A program made the position numbers and the translations under genes. Of a stretch of 64,000 bases of DNA, positions 58,418 through 64,000 are shown in pieces. Where the stretch lies: the NCBI GenBank assembly GCA_945920185.1, contig CAMEJP010000001.1, positions 45,320 through 109,319 of the forward strand, read 5' to 3'. Origin of the DNA: an uncultured Eubacterium sp. GTDB lineage: Bacteria; Bacillota; Clostridia; Lachnospirales; Lachnospiraceae. The notes under the pieces were generated by a model, which saw nothing but the letters and a program-made list of their open reading frames with translations, ran no database searches and was not told the DNA's origin. How positions within the stretch are numbered: the first letter of the stretch is position 1; each line of letters opens with the position of its first letter.

Positions 58418-58454
58418 CCACTTTACTCCCTTTTCTACCACTTTCCCTCCACTT
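58418..58454 (-). promoter_or_regulatory. Candidate MraZ operator: four direct repeats with ~10-11 nt phasing
   Basis: The minus strand reads cAAGTGGagggAAAGTGGtagAAAAGGGAgtAAAGTGGtaa, with box starts ~10-11 nt apart. The boxes lie immediately downstream of the putative -10 element. Confidence 0.55.
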
Positions 58455-58460
58455 GACACT

Positions 58461-58489
58461 ATAATACCCCCATTTTCACAAAAATACAA
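58461..58489 (-). promoter_or_regulatory. Candidate sigmaA promoter of the dcw cluster (Pmra)
   Basis: The minus strand reads TTGTAT-17 nt-TATTAT, ~115 nt upstream of the mraZ start. Confidence 0.4.
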
Positions 58490-58583
58490 GTACTTTTTTA
58501 ATTTTTTTGAGGTATTTGTTTTAAACTTTTGTAAAGAGATATTTGCAATCTTCTTTGCTGCACAACCGTATAGGCTAAAAAGG

Positions 58584-58614
58584 CAAAAAAATACCGCCAC
58601 AATAACGTGACGGT
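58584..58614 (-). terminator. Rho-independent terminator after lgt
   Basis: The minus strand reads ACCGUCAC-guuauu-GUGGCGGU followed by AUUUUUUUU. Confidence 0.75.
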
Positions 58615-58639
58615 TAAAAACTCTTTTCTATATTTTATT

Positions 58640-59491
58640 CTACTCTGCCTTTTTTTCTTTTCTTATGAAGCGTGACCACAGTATATATGCCATGCCAAGA
58701 ACCGCAAGTATCACTGACAGAACCTGCGATACTGCTATTCCTGTATTTCCAATCGTAAGCTGATCCGTTCTAAGAGCCTCTATAATTGCCCTTCCTATTC
58801 CATAGCCTAAAAGATACAGTGCAAATACCTCACCGTGATTTTTCTTTCTTTTCCTGTACCAGAACATTATCACAAACAGGCACAGATTCCAAACAGATTC
58901 ATACAAAAACGTCGGATGTACGCTTACAAATCCGTCACTTGTAGCTTTTGCCATAAGCTCAGCCGTAAGACCGTTTGCTTCCGTTAAGGGTATCTGCATA
59001 CAGAACAATCCGTCATAAAATCCGCCGAATGCCTCTCTGTTGCAAAAATTTCCCCATCTTCCCAATATTTGTCCTATTATCAGTCCAAGCACTGCCGTAT
59101 CAAGCATTTGCAAGGCATTTAGTTTTCTGATCTTTGCAAATATCAGAAGAGTAATGACAGACGCAATAATTCCGCCATATATGGCAAGTCCGCCTTTTCT
59201 TATGTTAAATATCTGAAGCAGATTATCCTTATAATAACTCCATTCAAATATAACATAATACAGCCTTGCTCCTATTATTCCGGTGACAAGTGTAATAATG
59301 GCAAAATCATAATAATCATCCACATTCTGCCTTGTCCTTTTTGCTTCCTTTAAGGCAATCCACACTCCTAACATCATTCCGATTGCTATAATTATACCAT
59401 AGTAAGCTATCTCAAATCCAAATATGCTTATCGACTTTCCTATATGAAGTTCTATTCCAAGATTAGGAAATCTGATTGTATTATTGCTCAT
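58640..59491 (-). CDS. lgt: Prolipoprotein diacylglyceryl transferase
   Basis: It has FGFEIAYYGIIIAIGMMLG, GGLAIYGGII, GRWGNFCNREAFG and HPTFLYES. The start MSNNTI is at 59491 (GGAGGA upstream). Confidence 0.9.
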   Translation of the reverse strand: MSNNTIRFPNLGIELHIGKSISIFGFEIAYYGIIIAIGMMLGVWIALKEAKRTRQNVDDYYDFAIITLVTGIIGARLYYVIFEWSYYKDNLLQIFNIRKGGLAIYGGIIASVITLLIFAKIRKLNALQMLDTAVLGLIIGQILGRWGNFCNREAFGGFYDGLFCMQIPLTEANGLTAELMAKATSDGFVSVHPTFLYESVWNLCLFVIMFWYRKRKKNHGEVFALYLLGYGIGRAIIEALRTDQLTIGNTGIAVSQVLSVILAVLGMAYILWSRFIRKEKKAE

Positions 59492-60215
59492 ATTTTCCTC
59501 CATTTTTCTTCAACAAATCTTTTATTACCTCTCCTGCCATTATCATTCCGGCTACAGGAGGAACAAAAGGCATACTTCCCGGGGCAGAACGTTTTGAGGT
59601 CACTTCAGAACTTTCATATTTATCCGGTGTCAGAGGTATCTCCTTAGAGTATACCACCTTTAACGCATTTACGCCTCTTCTTTTCAACTCCCTTCGCATA
59701 ACTTTCGCCAAAGGGCATACACTGGTATCATATATGTCGGCTACCTCAAAAGCCGAAGCATCAAGTTTATTTCCCGTACCGCACGCACTTATGACTGGCA
59801 CCCCAAATTCCTGCGCCCGGACAGCTATATCAATCTTTGCGGTAACCGTATCTATGGCATCTACAATATAATCATATCTCTTAAAATCAAAATTATCCCT
59901 GCTTTCAGGCAGGTAAAAACATTGGTATGCGGTCACATTTACATTAGGATTAATGTCCTTCATACGTTCACGCATGACATCCACTTTATATTTTCCGACA
60001 GTGCCTGTACAAGCTACTATCTGCCTGTTAAGATTTGTTATGCTGACCGTATCGTTATCACATATATCTATAGTACCGACTCCCGCCCTTGTAAGTGCTT
60101 CAACGACATATCCGCCGACTCCTCCGACTCCAAATACAAGTACACTGGCTTTATTTAGCAATTCTATACCGTTTTCTCCCACCAGAAGGGCTGTTCTTGA
60201 AAATTGTTCCTGCAT
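59481..60215 (-). CDS. tcdA: tRNA threonylcarbamoyladenosine dehydratase (ThiF/E1-like)
   Basis: It has FSRTALLVGENGIELLNKASVLVFGVGGVGGYVVEALTRAGVGTIDICDNDTVSITNLNRQ. It is 244 aa. Confidence 0.8.
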   Translation of the reverse strand: MQEQFSRTALLVGENGIELLNKASVLVFGVGGVGGYVVEALTRAGVGTIDICDNDTVSITNLNRQIVACTGTVGKYKVDVMRERMKDINPNVNVTAYQCFYLPESRDNFDFKRYDYIVDAIDTVTAKIDIAVRAQEFGVPVISACGTGNKLDASAFEVADIYDTSVCPLAKVMRRELKRRGVNALKVVYSKEIPLTPDKYESSEVTSKRSAPGSMPFVPPVAGMIMAGEVIKDLLKKNGGKYEQ

Positions 60216-60441
60216 AGTTACCTCTCACGCAAAGCAGACATTTGTAATCCGCTTTACTCCTTACTCATAACCGATGTTGCTGCATATCGCATCAGTAGAG
60301 ATTTATTCAAACATTTCAACGTATATTATGAACTGTCGGATATTTCTTGTCAATATCAGCAATGAAAAAATGTCTTTTATTTTCTCTATTGATGTGATAA
60401 AATATAATGAAGTTGTTACTTATGAAAGGAATAGATTTATT

Positions 60442-61539
60442 ATGAAATTAGGTATTGTAGGATTGCCAAATGTCGGCAAAAGCACGCTTTTCAATTCTCT
60501 CACAAAGGCAGGTGCCGAATCTGCCAATTACCCATTCTGTACCATAGACCCTAATATAGGCGTGGTTGCGGTTCCTGACGAAAGGCTTGACAAGCTTGCC
60601 GCACTCTATGACTCAGCAAAAATTACCCCTGCCGTTATCGAATTTGTCGATATAGCAGGACTCGTAAAGGGTGCTTCAAAGGGTGAAGGTCTTGGAAATC
60701 AGTTCCTTGCAAACATCAGAGAGGTAGACGCCATCGTGCATGTTGTCAGATGTTTCGATGATCCTAATGTCGTACATGTTGACGGAAGCGTAAATCCTTT
60801 AAGAGACATAGAAACCATCAACTTTGAGCTTATATTTTCCGATATTGAGATACTTGAACGCCGCTATGCAAAGAGCGTAAAGCTTTCAAGAAATGATAAG
60901 ACTGCGGCAAAGGAATGTGCCCTTATAGAACGTCTTAAAGAACATCTTGAAGACGGTAAGCTTGCAAAGAGCTTCGAGCTTCTTGATGAAGACGAGGAAG
61001 CACTTTTTGCAACCTACAATCTCCTTACAGCCAAGCCTGTGATATTTGCAGCAAATGTAAAAGAGGATGACCTTGCAGACGACGGTGCTTCAAACGAATA
61101 TGTAAAAGCTGTTCGTGATTTTGCAGCTAAAAACGGCAGTGAAGCATTTGTTATATGTGCTCAAATCGAGCAGGAAATCGCCGAGCTTGATGATGAAGAA
61201 AAGAAGCTTTTCCTTGAAGACCTGGGACTCAGTGAGTCAGGTCTTGAAAAATTGATAAAAGCAAGTTACAGCCTTCTTGGTCTTATAAGCTACCTTACGG
61301 CAGGTCCTACCGAAACACGTGCATGGACAATCAAGAAAGGTACAAAAGCGCCTCAGGCTGCCGGAAAAATACACAGTGATTTTGAGAGAGGCTTCATCAA
61401 AGCCGAAGTCGTGAATTATCAGAATCTTCTTGACTGCGGAAGCATAGCTGTGGCAAAGGAAAAAGGACTTGTTGGAATAGAAGGTAAAGATTATGTTATG
61501 AAAGACGGCGATGTAGTTCTTTTCAGATTTAATGTATAA
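60442..61539 (+). CDS. ychF: Ribosome-binding ATPase YchF
   Basis: It has MKLGIVGLPNVGKSTLFNSLT...NYPFCTIDPN and a C-terminal TGS-like DGDVVLFRFNV. The start is at ATG 60442. The 56-codon N-terminal extension in the ORF track is not supported. Confidence 0.95.
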   Translation: MKLGIVGLPNVGKSTLFNSLTKAGAESANYPFCTIDPNIGVVAVPDERLDKLAALYDSAKITPAVIEFVDIAGLVKGASKGEGLGNQFLANIREVDAIVHVVRCFDDPNVVHVDGSVNPLRDIETINFELIFSDIEILERRYAKSVKLSRNDKTAAKECALIERLKEHLEDGKLAKSFELLDEDEEALFATYNLLTAKPVIFAANVKEDDLADDGASNEYVKAVRDFAAKNGSEAFVICAQIEQEIAELDDEEKKLFLEDLGLSESGLEKLIKASYSLLGLISYLTAGPTETRAWTIKKGTKAPQAAGKIHSDFERGFIKAEVVNYQNLLDCGSIAVAKEKGLVGIEGKDYVMKDGDVVLFRFNV

Positions 61540-61583
61540 ATTCAAAAAAATAACAGAGCCATTCAAGGCTTATATGTAAATAT

Positions 61584-61628
61584 CCCTGTGCATATTGATT
61601 GGATATAATATGCACAGGGGTATTTTTA
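61584..61628 (+). terminator. Rho-independent terminator after ychF
   Basis: The sequence is CCCUGUGCAUAUU-10 nt loop-AAUAUGCACAGGG, a perfect 13-bp stem, followed by GUAUUUUUA. Confidence 0.85.
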
Positions 61629-61805
61629 CGGCTTCTATACTGCCATCATCATATGTAAGAATCTCCTCTCATATATTAGACAATTTTATCTGCAAATCGT
61701 TTCTTTAAATGTTGTATTTATTTAAAAACAATTCGACATTTTTCCATATTTTTATGCAAATACATAATTAAAGTGTTTGAAAACTATGCTTCGCATTTTT
61801 TAAAT

Positions 61806-62456
61806 TTAGCTTATCATTTCCAAAAAGGACTTCACATTTTCTGATGCGTTTCCCTTAAATATGGCGGACCCGGCAACTATAATATTGGCTCCGGCATTTA
61901 CCACCTCTTCTACATTAGACAGGTTAATGCCGCCATCTATCTCTATATCTATATTAAGCCTATGTTCTGAACAATATCTGTTAAGCTCGCTAAGTTTTTT
62001 TGTGGAGCTTTCTATATACTTCTGACCGCCGAAACCCGGATTTACGCTCATTACAAGCGCCATATCCACCATATCAAGATATGGTATAATCTCCGATAAA
62101 GGTGTTGGCGGATTAAGAGTAATGCCCGCCTTTACTCCGTATTTTTTTATTTCTGCTATGGTAGAAGCAACATCACTGCAAGCTTCCACATGTACAGTGA
62201 TGATATCCGCACCGCTCTCGACAAATTCCTTTATATATCTTACAGGCTCATTTATCATTAAATGCACGTCAAATACCTTTTTGGTGCATTTTCTTATAGC
62301 TTTAATTACAGGCATACCAAATGATATACTCGGGACAAACAGACCGTCCATAACGTCTATGTGTATATATTCCGCTCCTGCTTTATCTATGGTTCTGACT
62401 TCATCTGCAAGATTTCCAAAATCGGCTGAAAGTATTGATGGTGACAGTATGTTCAT
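61806..62456 (-). CDS. rpe: Ribulose-phosphate 3-epimerase
   Basis: It has PSILSADFGNLADEV...HIDVMDGLFVPSISFG...VMSVNPGFGGQKY...IEIDGGI. Confidence 0.95.
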   Translation of the reverse strand: MNILSPSILSADFGNLADEVRTIDKAGAEYIHIDVMDGLFVPSISFGMPVIKAIRKCTKKVFDVHLMINEPVRYIKEFVESGADIITVHVEACSDVASTIAEIKKYGVKAGITLNPPTPLSEIIPYLDMVDMALVMSVNPGFGGQKYIESSTKKLSELNRYCSEHRLNIDIEIDGGINLSNVEEVVNAGANIIVAGSAIFKGNASENVKSFLEMIS

Positions 62457-62469
62457 TTCTTTTTCCTCG

Positions 62470-63348
62470 CTAATATTTTTTCTGATTCTTTAATTCGTTA
62501 TATATATCCACATAATTGTCATAACGAAGGCGGCTTATCTTTCCTTCAAGAAGTGCTTTCTTTACGCCGCAGTCAGGTTCGCCTATATGCACGCATCCGT
62601 TAAAACGACATTCGCTGCCATACTCATCAAATTCCGCAAAATAATATTTTAAATCTTCGCATGCAATATCCGTAACATAAAGTGAAGTAAATCCCGGGGT
62701 ATCCAAAAGATATGTATTTTCCCACAGGTTAAATACTTCAGAATGTCTTGTAGTATGGCGTCCTCTTTTTATTTTGTCGCTTATACTGCCTGTTTCTATA
62801 TTAGCCTCCGGAAGCAGAGTATTAAGAAGTGTAGATTTTCCTACTCCTGACGGTCCAGCAAGCACGGTAGTTTTTCCGTCAAGAACACGTTTAAGTTCGC
62901 TTATGCCTTCTTCTTTAAAATTGCTTATAAACATTACCCTGTGTCCGCACTTTTTATATGTTTCCTGCAATTTCTCTATATCGCTGTCACAGGCAAGGTC
63001 CGTCTTATTAAAGCAAATAACCGTGTCTACCTTCTGTGCCTCCATCATAATAAGAAATCGCGTCAGCATATTGTAATTCGGAGCAGGATCCTTAACAGCA
63101 AATATGACTAATGCCTGTGAAACATTAGCCACTGCCGGTCTGATGAGTTCATTTTCCCTTGGCAATATTGAAACAATATTGCCAAGCATTTTTTCTTCAT
63201 CAATTATATCCATTTCCACATTGTCGCCTACCAGAGGTTTTATCTGACGGTTCCGGAACGCTCCCTTTGCCTTGCACTCATATATTCCTTTTTCACATAT
63301 ATGAACATAGTAAAAGCCTGCTATTCCTTTCAATATCTTTCCCTGCAT
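62470..63348 (-). CDS. rsgA: Ribosome small subunit-dependent GTPase A
   Basis: It has an OB fold and a circularly permuted GTPase (NKTDL...GPSGVGKSTLLN...DTPGF), plus a C-terminal zinc knuckle (CRFNGCVHIGEPDC). Confidence 0.9.
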   Translation of the reverse strand: MQGKILKGIAGFYYVHICEKGIYECKAKGAFRNRQIKPLVGDNVEMDIIDEEKMLGNIVSILPRENELIRPAVANVSQALVIFAVKDPAPNYNMLTRFLIMMEAQKVDTVICFNKTDLACDSDIEKLQETYKKCGHRVMFISNFKEEGISELKRVLDGKTTVLAGPSGVGKSTLLNTLLPEANIETGSISDKIKRGRHTTRHSEVFNLWENTYLLDTPGFTSLYVTDIACEDLKYYFAEFDEYGSECRFNGCVHIGEPDCGVKKALLEGKISRLRYDNYVDIYNELKNQKKY

Positions 63349-64000
63349 TAGTTGACCTCTGTCTTCTTAAGTGTAACATCCGTGGTCCATATACTTATAA
63401 AATCTGTAACCTTAGTGCTTTGCGCTGCCGAATCCGTAGCTGAATCACCGCTTCCTTCAGGTATATATGTGTATCTTGCGTACATAATGACCTTGCCACT
63501 TGTGACACCGTCTGCACCCGTAAACTTGAACTGGCTCTGACTTATGTCATTGATATCCTTTGTGTCCATAATAACAGTTTCTTTGCCATTCTGGCTTAAC
63601 ACAAGCTTTATCTCGGTTTTGGTTACTTTTCCTTCAACGTTTTTCTCTCCGGCTTTTGCATTTGATTCAAAAGATGATTTGTAAATGGTAACCTCGCCCT
63701 GGTATTCGTATTTTACCTCCTGCGTAGGCTCAGGTCCTTTACTGATGGTATAACCAACCTTTGTACCGCTGTTTACCACCTTTCCTTCTCTGTAATCCTG
63801 AGTCATAACTGTTCCTTCTTTGTACTTGTTGCTGTAAGCATACAGCACCTTACCCGGTATAAGTCCGTTTTTCTCAAGCTTTTCATTTGCCGCCTGCTCT
63901 GTGAGTCCAAGTATATTAGGAACGGTTGCCTCCTTTGTTTCCTTACCACGGCTTACATAAAGCGTAATCTTATTTCCTCGCTTTACCGTCGTTCCCGCCT
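63348..64000 (-). CDS. prkC: PASTA-domain Ser/Thr kinase (PrkC/Stk1-like), C-terminal part only. The N-terminus lies beyond the right edge.
   Basis: The open frame continues past nt 64000. My translation of 63850-64000 gives ..GTTVKRGNKITLYVSRGKETKEATVPNILGLTEQAANEKLEKNGLIPGKVLYAY.., a PASTA repeat. The prkC-rsgA-rpe order is conserved in Firmicutes. The stop overlaps the rsgA ATG (TAATG). Confidence 0.7.
   Translation of the reverse strand, partial: AGTTVKRGNKITLYVSRGKETKEATVPNILGLTEQAANEKLEKNGLIPGKVLYAYSNKYKEGTVMTQDYREGKVVNSGTKVGYTISKGPEPTQEVKYEYQGEVTIYKSSFESNAKAGEKNVEGKVTKTEIKLVLSQNGKETVIMDTKDINDISQSQFKFTGADGVTSGKVIMYARYTYIPEGSGDSATDSAAQSTKVTDFISIWTTDVTLKKTEVN

Noticed and set aside
58453-58465. 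Plus-strand TTGACA immediately followed by TATAAT.
   Set aside because: The two hexamers are separated by 1 nt instead of ~17, so this is not a functional sigmaA promoter. No plus-strand gene follows.
58415-58600. A 61-aa minus-strand ORF between lgt and mraZ.
   Set aside because: It spans the lgt terminator tail, the putative dcw promoter and the MraZ boxes. It has no RBS, and its peptide is lysine- and low-complexity-rich. A regulatory region explains it better.
60274-60441. The 56-codon N-terminal extension of ychF in the ORF track.
   Set aside because: YchF family proteins begin directly at the MKxGIVGLPNVGKST G1 motif. The extension is Ile/Asn/Phe-rich AT-rich read-through of the promoter region.
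61636-61680. A tiny minus-strand ORF (MMMAV*) with a strong GAGGAGA RBS, followed by the big hairpin at 61584-61619. It resembles a leader-peptide attenuator.
   Set aside because: Nothing lies downstream on that strand for it to regulate, since the next feature is the convergent 3' end of ychF. The hairpin is fully explained as the ychF terminator. The resemblance is probably chance.
1-64000. A search for mobile elements, prophage, toxin-antitoxin, restriction-modification or defence-island genes, and for tRNA or rRNA genes.
   Set aside because: I found no transposase, integrase, recombinase, nuclease-helicase defence signature (other than the housekeeping AddAB) or cloverleaf-like sequence in the intergenic gaps. 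The window is core chromosome apart from the pilus and surface-protein genes.

Overview
This is an AT-rich chromosome segment typical of Firmicutes/Clostridia. The proteins look Clostridiales/Lachnospiraceae-like, but I cannot assign a species. I call 51 protein-coding genes, 47 of them on the minus strand and two truncated by the window edges. I found no rRNA, tRNA, CRISPR array, transposase, integrase or phage genes. Layout: (i) 1-11.8 kb holds a complete Gram-positive type IV pilus locus, transcribed right to left as pilB-pilT-pilC-pilA-pilD-pilMN-pilO, then a large minor pilin, then a very large GspK-like pilin that runs off the left edge. (ii) 11.9-15.7 kb holds two orphan lipoproteins flanking an FtsX/MacB-like permease that carries a fused, degenerate ABC-ATPase fragment, with a remnant of the same ATPase 3' end just upstream. 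(iii) 15.9-35.5 kb is housekeeping and metabolism: kduD-kduI, citrate synthase, potABCD, a DUF1653 protein plus an S8 protease, class 3 FBPase, birA, a membrane GDPD, a HAD phosphatase, icd, YfhO and a PIG-L deacetylase. (iv) 35.6-37.6 kb encodes a sortase-anchored surface protein with a 39-nt in-frame tandem repeat. (v) 37.7-44.6 kb is addA-addB. (vi) 46.7-58.3 kb is a dcw cell-division cluster (mraZ-rsmH-ftsL-pbp-pbp-murD-ftsW-murA-ftsQ-ftsZ) that lacks murE, murF, mraY, murG and ftsA. (vii) 58.6-64 kb holds lgt, tcdA, ychF, rpe, rsgA and the 3' end of a PASTA kinase. I do not see a clear-cut new multi-gene system such as a defence island. The most unusual items are the structured GC-rich leader upstream of pilA, the oversized pilus accessory proteins, the permease::ABC-fragment chimera with its flanking lipoproteins, and the stripped-down dcw cluster. 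The ORF track translates TTG and GTG starts as M, so I re-picked several starts from RBS spacing. Start coordinates are therefore less certain than stop coordinates.
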